This document shows positions 38,634 to 50,407 of a stretch of DNA of 64,000 nt, one piece after another. The stretch is from Stylophora pistillata (lineage: Eukaryota), in contig NW_019217828.1 in assembly GCF_002571385.2 (NCBI RefSeq), positions 156,394 through 220,393 of the forward strand. Reading direction: 5' to 3'. The notes under the pieces are model-generated. The model was given only the letters and a program-made list of their open reading frames with translations, was not told where the DNA came from and did no database searches. The position numbers and the translations under genes are program-made. Position 1 is the first letter of the stretch. Each line of letters begins with the position of its first letter.

Positions 38634-38706
38634 AAAATTAGAAGCTAATGATATTATAATCGACGCTATTCATCTAATCAGGGTCAACAAACGTTTTTTC
38701 TTTTTT

Positions 38707-38918
38707 TTAACCCTTTGATCCCTGAGAGCGACTAGTATCTAATTTCTCCTTACAATATCACCCCTGAATCAAACATTAAGGTCAGGAGAATATAGGAAAT
38801 GATCACCAACTAAAGAAGCTCTTGATTGTTAAACAAATTCTCCTTGACAGCATCTTAGGAAATGTATAAAGAACAGTATGGAGAATATGCATACTGATGT
38901 TAGGCTGTAAAGATTTAA
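38707..38918 (+). mobile_element. TTAA-type MITE, best-preserved copy
   Basis: TTAACCCTTTGATCCC...TGTAAAGATTTAA. Confidence 0.8.
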
Positions 38919-40846
38919 TCTATCGTAGCTGACTATTTCGCTCTCCTTATCGTCTACCATTCACGTCTTGTTTATTTACCACTTGATTACAACCATTATG
39001 AAATCATTCTTGCAATCTGATTGGTTCTTAGCAGTGCGATTATTCACGAATCTGACTAATATTTTTATGCTCCATGTCGTATCGTTCACCCATACAATAA
39101 GAATAGAACCCTAAAACAAAACAAATCAACAAATTGGACTACAGGACTCTTCTAGGTAACCTATCATATTGCAAGAAAGTTAAAGACCATTTAATGATAA
39201 GGGTAAAAGGGCCGAGTGGAGTCTAATTCTGTCTGTAATCATACGAGTGATAACAAAATCGGACGACCGTGAAGCAGAAGTCCGATTTGTTTATCCCAAG
39301 TATGATCAAGGACAAAGAAGTCCGTTACCAACCAATCAAATTATGACAAAATTTGAGAAAGAAACTCGACGTCGGTTATACGTTTTCAAAGAAAAAAAGC
39401 AACAACAGGTAAATGATCATAATACGCGACAACAGCGCGCGCATTTGACGCGTACTGTTCACTTTCACAGGCATGGCGCGTTGCTATCCCATTGTACGGT
39501 CCATTTACAAACATGACGCGTACTATCCGTACTATAATGCTCAAATAGGGCTGGACCAATTACGCTCCAGAATTTTGTTATGGTTTTGAATAAAGCCTTA
39601 CAGGAGATTAGAATGAGCGATTTCAAGACAGTCATAGCCAGGCAACTCGCTTTCGTGTCGTGAATTTAGCCTTAAATGGTTCACCACAATTTCAATTACC
39701 CTTACTCGTAAATATCTGTGTCTTTTCTTTTCATTAACATCTTCATTTATCTGATAACACCTGTGTAGCTCTAAAAGTTAAGGCTAATTTAAAATAACCG
39801 TCGAGAGATGTGGTCGAGTTTCATACCATCAGAATCCTATCCGACTAGGACACAATGACACATAAGAAAATTTTAAATATTCATATATCCTGTACAATTG
39901 AGATTAAGTAAAGGAAGTCTCAAAATCAAAACAGATGAATTTCCACCAGAAAACTACATTAAATCAATTCTAAAAGGCTTCCTAACTGTGAGGGGAACAG
40001 CCGCGTTGGCAGCGTCAACAGGGTAACCAGGCTACCCAGATATCGATGCAAAAATGCTGGGTTCTTTTGTCATATAAGTTTTAATTTTGAAAAGTTGTTA
40101 TCATTTGGCTCTATTTTTACCTCCGAGCGGTAAATAGCAAATTGAAATTTTATGGTTTTTAAACAAATTATCCCATAGGATCCCCTAGGGGCCAAGCTAA
40201 AATTTTCGTTCTGTAACTGACCTTTAAAACTAAAGAAAATGTTGTTTTGCTTAAGTTGTTGTAATAATAGATGGGAATAGCATTTACAAGAGGAATACCG
40301 CGACAGAGCCCAACACAACAATATTAACATTTCGTAAACGATACTTAACAGATCTTCTTCGGAAAGGTAGGTCAACTTTTTGTTTTAAAATTAACAGGTT
40401 TTTTTTTTGGGGGGGGGTGGGGTTGTATTTCTGTTTAAAGCTTCGTAAACCGGTTCCTTAAGTTCGAAACAAAACTTAATACGTTTGAGTGCGTATGCCT
40501 ATTGCATTATAGTCAAGGAAATGGAAAGAGAGACTGGCTCTCTACATAATGACATGAAGAAAATCATAAACTACACTCAAGTATTATCCACAAAATAGGC
40601 AGTAAATATATTTGTGGAGAAAGTGTAAAATAACAAGACTATTCTCCACATCTGAGTGAGACATCAACATTATTAAACTCTTTACACCCTAGCATTAGTA
40701 TGCATATTCTCCATTCTGTTCTTTATACATTTCCACTTGTAATGACTAGGAGAATTTTTTCACTGAGCAGTCAAGAGCTCCTATAATTGGCGATAATTTC
40801 TTTGACTCTCCTGACCTGATTTCGTTTTTGATTCACAGAATGTCTT

Positions 40847-40933
40847 CAGGACCGTAGCCCGCTAGCACGAGGCAAGGCGCCTTCGGCGCTCGAAACTTGC
40901 CTCGTCTTGTTCTGAAGTCTGGCTACAGCCCTG
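40847..40933. mobile_element. 87-bp hAT-like MITE with 5-bp TSD (GTCTT)
   Basis: CAGGACCGTAGCC...GGCTACAGCCCTG; GTCTT on both flanks. Confidence 0.7.
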
Positions 40934-41512
40934 GTCTTACAGGTTGATCAGGGTATCAGCTTGCGCAATACATACGTGCCTTTAGGCGAGTAGTTGTTTA
41001 AGAAAAAAATGCAAGTGAGATCTGGAACATTCCATAGTTTACCATTTGTAAATGTTGCAAACCAATCTTAAAGTACCACGACAAAAAAATTACAGTAGCT
41101 ATCACACTCAAAACAACAACGCGAAAAATTAATTTTGAACAGCTTTTAACAGGCTCCCTACTGTGTACGATCTTAACACCCACTTTTCTTAACGATTGTT
41201 AGGGCTACTTCATGAAAGTTAATGCTACAAAACAGAAACTGGATTGATGAGTAGCAAAGCAACAATGGCTATTTTAGGGTGGCGGACAAACCTTGTATTA
41301 ATTTGTTTCGTTATACGCCTTCATTAAAGCCAAATTAAAGCTTAATGGTAGGGCTGCCCTTTTTATTCACAGGTAAGTGTAAAAGGGTAAATATCATCAT
41401 TTCATTTCAGAAAATGACAGTTAAAGGCGGGAAAAATGGGCAAATTTTGGTTGTAATGCGTAACGCAATCTTTACAGTAAAAACTTTCAAAAACATTTTC
41501 CATAAAAGTGGN

Positions 41513-41737
41513 CCCACCAATCACGTAGCTCCATTTTCTGCCTTTAAAAGCACACACAACCCACAATTCCTCTATTCGCTCCGACGAAGGGCTAACGCTC
41601 GAAACGTCAGCTTTTATAACCGTAACGGTGGCCAATTTACCATTTCAACTTTGTTGATATATTCAAATTATTTCGTTACCCCCACCGACGCAGCACCAAA
41701 CAGTTTCTTTAGAAACTACCAGCCTTTATTCATTTGT
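41513..41737 (+). mobile_element. Penelope-like pLTR (longest copy) with minimal hammerhead motif at ~41578-41611
   Basis: GCTCCGACGAAGGGCTAACGCTCGAAACGTCAGC...CCCACCGACGCAGCACCAAACAGTTTCTTTAGAAACT. Confidence 0.8.
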
Positions 41738-42787
41738 ATATTAAAAGAGAAGCGTGGCGCCTCTAAAATCGATTTGAAATTTGCAGTTTACGTTGCATAG
41801 ACGTCATGCTTTCGTGTACTTTCGCAAGGTTCTCAAGAGCATTTTTACAGCAGTCGCTGTGCTACTTTCACGTTTAACACTAAAATAAATGGCCAAAGGC
41901 CGTTTATCTTTGGCCCGTAGGGCCCGATCTGATGGAGGACCTTACGCCTTTCGCTTCGCAGCGTGGGATAACGAGAGAGAGGCATGGGCGGTCATATCGG
42001 AGTTCAACGTTGCAGCATAGCGATTGTTCGGTCATTCTGTGGTCTGCTGACAAGCTATTCGTTTCGAAAACTAAAACCGACTAACAGTCAATTCTTAACT
42101 CGGTTACCTCGACAAAAAGTCATTCTTTTATTCGCATTTAATAGACGAATTGAGCTTCGATTCGAAGCGCTTTGACAGCCGTAACATTTGTCAGTGACAC
42201 CTATGACAGATATTTGAGTTATTACCGATTATGAGTTTAATTGAAAACCCCGTTTGGTGTCGAAGTACAAGTTTAATAACCTCTCCTTAAATGGATGTTT
42301 TCGGGGTCGTATGAGACTTTTTTTCAGGGGAATTAATTTTGGGCGAATTGAGCAATCTGTAAACGCCGCGTGTCTACAATCGAGAGATAGAAAATCAGTG
42401 TTTAGGGTGCCAGTGATCTCCATGAGGAGATACTAGCCTCAATGTAGTACAGCATATCTATTTTAGGGTCAAAATGTTTCATTTTTACCTTTTATTTGTT
42501 ACCAGTGAGCTCAAATTGATAATTTGTATGAAAGACCACGCCCGCTAAGGAACATGGTTACATTAAAAATCCAGTTAAACATTACCAAACTGTGATCAGT
42601 TTTGCTAAAATTCAATAACGTTAGTGATTTTAAGTGTCAAAATAACTTATAGAGTTGATTTTTCCCTAAGAAAATGAAAAATTCATCAATTTCAAGCATA
42701 TTACGGGAATTGGCATGGGTAATTATGTTACTCATCATTGGAAATAGCTTTGCACAACCAATTGCGTTTTTTTAGTTTTGAAAAGGG

Positions 42788-43159
42788 TTTATTTTCAATA
42801 ACGACCCATATACAAAATAAAAGGCACAAAACGCTCGTGGGCTTGGCCCAAGGTAATTGATTAATCTAAGTCACAATATATGCAGCTTAAACAAAGATAA
42901 TCTAAAAGAGACTAAGCTAATATTAGCCATTTAATCTATTTACTAAATTAGCTACAAGCTACTATTATGAATAAATCCTAAATTAACAGTTAACCTCTAA
43001 GCTACATTAACTAATAACTATTAACTATTTACAAGAGAATTTGAGAGTGTCATTATCTACTTTGCACAGTGTTGGACAGCTTCTCACAGATTCATAAAAT
43101 CAGATACACAAAAACGAAAGTGGTCATAGAGAATTCTCTTCTTGATATCATTGAGGATC
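42788..43159 (-). mobile_element. 3' end of L1/Tx1-like LINE (ORF2 C-terminus + 3' UTR)
   Basis: The minus strand gives ILNDIKKRILYDHFRF...LCKVDNDTLKF, then an AT-rich UTR ending ATTGAAAATAAAC; it abuts an N gap. Confidence 0.5.
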
Positions 43160-43191
43160 NNNNNNNNNNNNCCATCTCAGGAGAGAACTCA

Positions 43192-43990
43192 ATGCCACAA
43201 CGGCCGAGGTCTGCTTTCTTCGCGCCGGACCCGAGAACTTCGACCTGGTCGGTGTTCAACGCACTGAAAGAAGCCGGAATTCAAGATAGTGACACACAGT
43301 GCCTTCAACGAAAATTGAACGATGAAGTAGTGATTACTTTTAAAAATCCTAAAGCGAAAGAAAAATTCCTTCATCTAAATTGTGCACTTCAAGACATCGA
43401 TAGATCTCTCACCTTTCTCAAACTTTCTGACCTGGCAATTATTCAACGCCTCACACCTTTCTGCGAAGTTATTAATTACCGCCACTGCAAAGATCACAAC
43501 TTCAATATTTACAGTGGCCTTCGACATTATAGAGTACGTACTTCCAGACCTAGTCCTAGTTTTCTTCGGTTCGGTAAATACCAAAGTTTTCTCAAACATT
43601 CTGAATAACAACCTCACTGCCGTAAGTGCAGTCAACCTGGACATTTCAGTAACACATGCCAAACAAAAATCTGCTTCAATTGTGAAACAAACGGCCATGA
43701 ATCTCCAAACTGTCTGATTCCTCCGCTCTGCTGTCTATGTAAAGAAATGGGTCATATGGCCATTAGTTGTAGGTATTCATGGGTCTCCTCTTCCACCTAC
43801 TGCTCCAAAACCGACGAAACATCAGATGTATTTGCGGATTCAGATGATGACGCCCAGTGAAGAAGATCTGCCACTTGCAGCGGCCCTACAAAAGTCCAAT
43901 TCCTCAACGTCCCTTCCAACCACTCCGGTTAATCAACCCATTTCCAGTGATCAATCAACTGCGTACTGCAGTATTCTTCCTCATTGATTT
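43192..43990 (+). pseudogene. Decayed Tx1/L1-type ORF1 (ZCCHC3-like, three CCHC zinc knuckles)
   Basis: MPQRPRSAFF...CLQRKLNDEVVITF...GLRHYRVR, then past a TAA: CRKCSQPGHFSNTC, CFNCETNGHESPNC, CCLCKEMGHMAISC. Confidence 0.8.
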
Positions 43991-44212
43991 AAGTGTTTCT
44001 CCTACAGTACCCGTGTACGAGCTTGAAATTTACACCAACCATGGGAAATTTATGGGAAATTTCAGAGACACCCGAATTAACGTGACGGATACGTGCGCAT
44101 TAAGACATGAATATATGCGTCAGCTCGATAGCAAGTGATGCAAATGTTGAGCCGTATTTTGGGAATGGTTGTGTCTGTAACACCTCGTTACCGTTTTGGT
44201 GGTGTATTTTGG

Positions 44213-44520
44213 TCAGTTATGTTTCGGAGANAACGTACTGAAGACTAACTTAACATCTAAATCAGCTCTACAATAACGTTTGAGTAGTTGTCTTAACTTA
44301 GTCTGAGCGATGTTCGAAAACCGACCAACATAGGGAAGTTTATAATAGTGCGCAGAAGGTTTACCGGAGTTAGAAGAGGCGTTATGCCCAGTAGGAGAAG
44401 CCGGATTATTTTTCTTCGCTAGATACCTGTAAATGATCTTGTCTATGACCCAAGATGGAAAACAATTTTTCAGTAGCAAGAAAATAATTTTCTTCACATC
44501 CAGATGAAAACCAACCCATG
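44213..44520 (-). mobile_element. Penelope-like element ORF fragment (RT C-terminal region)
   Basis: FHLDVKKIIFLLLKNCFPSWVIDKII...YKLPYVGRFSNIAQTKLRQLLKRYC...KLVFS. Confidence 0.7.
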
Positions 44521-46778
44521 TCTTGTAAATTTAAATTCAAAGTTATTGTTTCTTTTTTGAGAGTTATATCTACCGGTACAATTAAAACGAGAGTGCTAGT
44601 CTGGTCATGGGAACCATCAGGAAAGGTAATCTGTACTAAATCGAGGCGCTTTGAAAGTGAAACGTTTTTATTTTTTCCTAACACTTGCAGCAAAGCTGTG
44701 GGATTGTGGAATGGCTACATTTTAAATCTCTTTCTGAAAATTAAAACTTCCACACTACGCGACAGAGTGTGTTGCTATTTTTAGCGGTGAGCTTGTGCTA
44801 TTTTTCAAAATGGCAATTGTGTTTCTTTGGATATTTTAAAACCACTTAGAACTTTTCCTTCGCAAGCACCAAGTAAACAAGTCTAAATATGAAATCCTTA
44901 TAAGCTTAGTTCTCGCTAAATCTTCCTAAAGTAATTGCAAGTCGCTTATCACAACGATTGATAAACCTACAAACAAAGCTGGCTTGCCGGCAATTTGCAC
45001 ATAGAAAGAATCTTGGTTTGAAAGAAAGATAAACGCCCTACACATTACAAATCCATGGAAACACTGAAATCAGACATTGATCATCTAAAGGAAAATCGCG
45101 GTGTTCAACGCATATTTTTGGAATATCCGTGCGGTTTATCACGCGTGAAGTGACAAGAACTCTTGTTTCAATAATTACTATTTGGGTTCGTTCGAAATCA
45201 TGTAGAACGAAACGTGATAGTTACTTCGAAATCTTCGAACGTGAACAATTCGATTACGTGTCGCGCAAAAGAATATTTTTTCTGCCAGTAACGCTTATAA
45301 ATCAACCAAATAAAAATGTAGCTGCCAATCGCCAGATTTACCATAGAGGCGAATGCTGCACAAGAGGCCGAGTGCCTGGCTGGGCGACCGGAATATTTTT
45401 TCAGTCACCCGGGACCAAATGTTACTTGCCTGAGGCGACCGATCGCCGCTAGAGCACAGCCTTGAGCAACCCTCCCCTATGAGAGTGTTTGGCATTAAAA
45501 ACATGAAAAAAAAAAAAAAAAAAGAAAAAAAAAAGAAAAGAAAATTTGAGGTTATCTAGTTCTATAGATTTGAGAATACATGTTAAGATTGTTTATTCTC
45601 AAACGAAAAACTCCTATTGGATCTTTAGCTGGGCTTCTCTTATCGTTTCGGGTTAGTACTTATAAGAACTTTGTCAGACGTCAAAATTTCTCAAAAGATG
45701 TCTAACCTACTAGTTTGCCGTTGAATACAAATTAACGAATATTGAACGATCTACGTACTCTGAACCAATCACAACTGGAGTGTTCTTTTCAGTGGCAATA
45801 ATATTTCTCAAGAAGATCTAGTTCCTTAGCACCGACTCCACAGTTTAGTGTCAGTGAAAAAACATAGGAAACGTAGCGAGGTGTTCTGAAAATAGTGTTG
45901 GCATTTATCCAATTGTACGCTTTTTCTTAACAGGAGATTAAGATTAGTTTGGATGGAGTAACCGTGTTTTTGCGAAAGACATCTTACATACGAGCTTCCA
46001 GGAAACTTTCCGCAAGGTACACATTTAACGAAGTTTAATTAGTGCCACAGTAACTCAGTGCAGGTCAAATATGAAAATAGAATCGTACTTGAGAATTTCC
46101 CGCGCGAAACGTTTTCCCAGAAAACATGCAATTGTGGGAACAGGAGCTGTTGGAGCCTATCGCTCGCGAAAGTTTATTTTTAAACGCTTTATGAACAGAA
46201 TTTGTCCAGTACGTTATTCAGGTAAAGTTGTTCGCTTACTTCACAGTCGGTAAACTGAGCTCAATAGCCCCACTGACTTGACAGAGCAGTTATCATGTCC
46301 TTAATTTTGCTTACAAAATTAAACATCGGTTATAAGGGTTTATTTAAAAAACGTTCAATGAATTTTCAGCCCAGTAGGTCGTAAAATGCTTAGGTTAACA
46401 ACAGCACATACGTGTTTCCCTTGGACCAGCAATTGATTGAAAAAAATGTTAACTGATTAAATTTCACAGCAAATAATTTAAATGTTCACCCCAGCGGGAT
46501 GAACCAACTTCCCACATGAAAACACTGTGGAGAATATTCGAAAAGCGATAAAGCATTCCGCAATAATTTGATCGCTAGTTTGATGAAATTATTGCTTAGC
46601 GAAATTATTTGTTGACTGTCTGAGGGTACAATGAAACTCAAACAATAAGCCGCCTTGACATTTGTTTTCTTTAGCTTTTTCCTGTTTTTTTTTTATTTAT
46701 TTTTTTTTATTTTTTTATTTTTTCAATGTCTACTCTCATTTCAGGGATTCTTTCTGTGATACACCGAACGGTGGAGAA

Positions 46779-48335
46779 ATGACGAACAAGACAATAGCGA
46801 CAAACTTCCCCTATCGAACATGTAAGAAATTTTGTTTCCCATGCGCAGTACTTCTGCTGCTATCTTCAACTGTTCTACTATACAACTCTCATTATGGCAA
46901 ATCTCTTTTCAACTATCGTAAAGAGTTGGTAGAGTCAATCAGGAGCCCGACTCAGAACATAACGGGACTCATTACTGTTTTAACAATACCGAACAAACGA
47001 AAAACACCCGAAGTAGTTAGAACATGGGCCAACGTCATGTCAGCATCATCCGAAGTTCAAAGAGGTTCACGACCGGAGATTTTCACAGTTTCAAATTCAA
47101 AGGCAGATTTGGAAGCTCAGCCAAACCACCGTGTTCAACCAGCGGCATCCGAAATTAAAACAGAATCCAACCTAAAGCCACCATCGAAAGGTCGATCTAC
47201 TAGCGACCTTCACTCCGTGTCATACATAGTTAAGCCGAAGCAAGACCAAGAGGACCGATCTCCTTCCAAGGTTCGTACAGTGTAACACGCAGTTCGGAAA
47301 GCCTCGACCTTTCGTTCAAAAAACCGAACTTCACCCGAGGCACAACGGACTTTTTCGACCTCAACAAAGTCCCTTGATCTGGTATCGAGGACGCAACCCG
47401 AACGCCGCCGAAGCCTCCTTATCTATGGAGCCGACCGTTCAGGCACAACATTCACCACAAAAATGTTTGCCGAAGATTCACAACTGATGACCGTTTATGA
47501 GCCATTATGGATAACAAAGAAATGGAACAAAGAAGACATTAGTCAGATACCGAATTGGACCAAAAACGTTCTCGATCTTCTACGAGGAATTTTAAGTTGT
47601 AAGTTCTCTGAAACTGCTGCTGGCGTTAAATTCCTCTCGCACACCTCACGGCAATGGAGTGGAGCATATGTTAAAAACCCTTTTCGGTCTCAAAACTTTT
47701 GCCCTAACTGGGAATGTAGAGATCTTGCTAGTAATCCCACATACGCCGACATAGTATGCCTAACAAAATACAAACACAGTGTAACCAAAATAGGGGAGCC
47801 CAGGACACCCAATGGTTTAATTTCGTCTTTTCTTCCAAAGCTATTCCTAGAGAATCCCGACACCGACATCCGGGTTATCCAGCTTATTCGAGATCCCACA
47901 GGGAGTTTAAGATCCCGGATTAAGCTAAAATGGATGGTAGACTGGAAGCATTCCAGTTTTCCAAACGTAGTCAGAAAAATATGTTCAAACTTGGCCACAA
48001 ACATCAAGTTTGGCCGAAATCTGGGCAAATGGCAAGACAAGTACTTAGAAGTACACTATCATGATCTAGCTGGAAAACCGCTGGAAACGACAAGAGCTAT
48101 GTATGAGTTTGCAGAATTTATAATGCCCGATAGCGTTGCTGACTGGGTTGTTCGCAATACTTCACCAACCAAAGAAGAATTGATGAAGGAAAAAAACAAT
48201 ATCTTCTCGCCAGTTCGAAACTCTACCGCTAATATTGAAAAGTGGAGGCAAGATTCCCCAGTCGAAAGAATTCGAATAATTGAAAAATATTGTCAAGAAG
48301 CACTTGATCTTCTAGGACTGAAAAAAATGCTATAA
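46779..48335 (+). CDS. Carbohydrate sulfotransferase paralogue with one in-frame TAA (47283-47285); recent pseudogene, allele or error
   Basis: The two ORF-track segments share a frame. Reading through the TAA gives TM anchor, long S/T/P-rich stem, RRRSLLIYGADRSGTT, YEPLW, LIRDPTGSLRSR, RNSTAN. Confidence 0.8.
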
Positions 48336-48809
48336 AAACAAACATCAACTCAGTCACTAGAACGGATTTGAAACTGATAAATTTTCGTAAGAAATATTGG
48401 CTGCCTTGAAATGTAGATACAAAGTAAATACAAAGATGAAGGATATACATGTACCAAAAAAATATATGAATTATGAAACGAAAAGGGAACTCATTAATTC
48501 TTTAAGTCAGTTCACAGGGATGTGACTAACATGTTATTTCTCTTCCACATCTCAATACGATATTTAGCAAACAGAAAGGTAGAATTGACAAACTTGTCAA
48601 CTTGAGGGTATAACCTTGATGTAAACTGATCGCGATTCTCTTTACTAACTTACAAAGCGTAGAGCAACTGTGAAGGGGGCCAACTAAAGGGGCTTTTAAT
48701 TGTTAAACAAAGTCTCTGTATTTGATCATGGCTAAAGAAAAATCACATTTTCTTTTTCGTAAGTGTCGCTTTAGGAAAGTGCGTCCGCTTAAGGGAATGT
48801 GTAACTGAG

Positions 48810-49265
48810 TGGGATATTAGAATTTTCGGTTTTTCGGTTTTGGCCTTTTTTTAGATCGGTTTTTCGGTTTTAATGCCAAAAAACTTTTTTCGGTTGGTGT
48901 TCATGACGGTTTGGAATTTTCCGTTTTTTAACATTTGGCTTTCGGTTTTTGTAAAAAAGTATTAACGGATTTTTGGATTTAGTATCCGATATGATTTTCA
49001 GGTTTTCCTATTTGGGTTCCGGTTTCTCTTCCTTCTGAGCTGCAATTATGTGCCTCCACTGATCTTGAATAGCCTCAAAACCTCTGTATGTTCCACTTGT
49101 CACCACTGCATCGGATCGATTAGGGTTTCGATGACTGGCATGTGAAAATTTATCAGTTTCGACGGTTTTAGGAGCGGTTTTCAGTTTTGATCAAATTTTT
49201 TTGCGGTTTTGGATGATTATTCCACGGTTGTGCGGTTTCTAAAAGACCCCATGCTCCCCCCCCCC
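48810..49265. repeat. Interspersed element rich in CGGTTT subrepeats (MITE-like)
   Basis: More than 12 CGG(T)TTT units; G-rich and C-rich ends. Confidence 0.55.
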
Positions 49266-50407
49266 CCGGTAAATATAGAGTTTGACTGGGAGGAGAAAAA
49301 GACTGTACAAGAGTGTCCGTTGATGGAGAGTTGACTGTAATTAACAAACTGATCATTTCACCGGATAATTGTATCACCTGCAAATCAGTCACCTCCCAAA
49401 AAGGGTGAAATTCCGACTTCCTGTGAGGTGACCCAAAGAAAACTTCCAGACGATCAAATGATGGTTTGATCCAACTTTGACAAAATACCAGACTTTCAAA
49501 GTTCAACTGGATCATTTCAGTGGTAAAACTGATTTAAACAATTGGAACTGAGGTGGCAGCGCATTTGGGGCAGTAAAGTACTGTAGAGGGTAGTAAAATG
49601 TTGCGAATAACCTTGAAGAAAATGAACGTGTCATCAAACACGTCTGTACAATTACCTTTAAGCCGATTTAGACCTTTACCCTATGGAATTTCACTTAGAG
49701 CTCTCTCGGAGACAAATCATCCTCAGTAACTAAAGCCCAGATAAAACTTCGATGACAGAAAGTGCAACCACTTTGATTTATTCACCTAATCGTTATGCAT
49801 GCTTATTTCAACAGAAAATGCGGTTAGAATATTGCCGGATTCGAAAACACGCGATTGACAATTGATCAAGTAAAAAATAGAAGGGTATTCAAAGGACATA
49901 AATCTACCAATATAGGGGCTATAAATAGCGGTTATCTGTGATGACAAGCTACACGGAAATATTCTTTCAACAGTCTTAATAAGCGAATCTCATCCTTATA
50001 CTGACCCAGTACACCCTAAGTCATTTTTAGCCATGAGTAAAGTGTTAAAGGGCGCAGCTGGAGATGGCAGATATTTCATAAATTTAAAAGAATTTGTTTT
50101 CGTTCCATCAAACTGTCAACAGCCCTGACCGATCATACGAAATGCCCAAAAGTATCAGGAAAATACCATTTGAGTAAAAAAATATATTCCGTGCGGATAC
50201 GTGGCATGCGAAACCGAACCCATCAGTCGCCTTCTTGTGAACACAAAGTGAAAATATTGCCTGTTGACGCTCACAGTATCGCTGAAGGAATGGAAAGAAA
50301 AAGATGTGACTACCTAGCGAGCTGAAAGAAACTTGTACTCGATCAAGCGGTTGTGACGTTCATTCGTCACGCAGTGAACGCTTTCTTCTTCAAGCTGTGG
50401 TCTTTTA

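Noticed and set aside
41345-41800. ORFs sharing LRRRANARNVSF (also 13629-13850 and 19516-19821)
   Set aside because: They are translations of the Penelope pLTR/hammerhead repeat, not a protein family.
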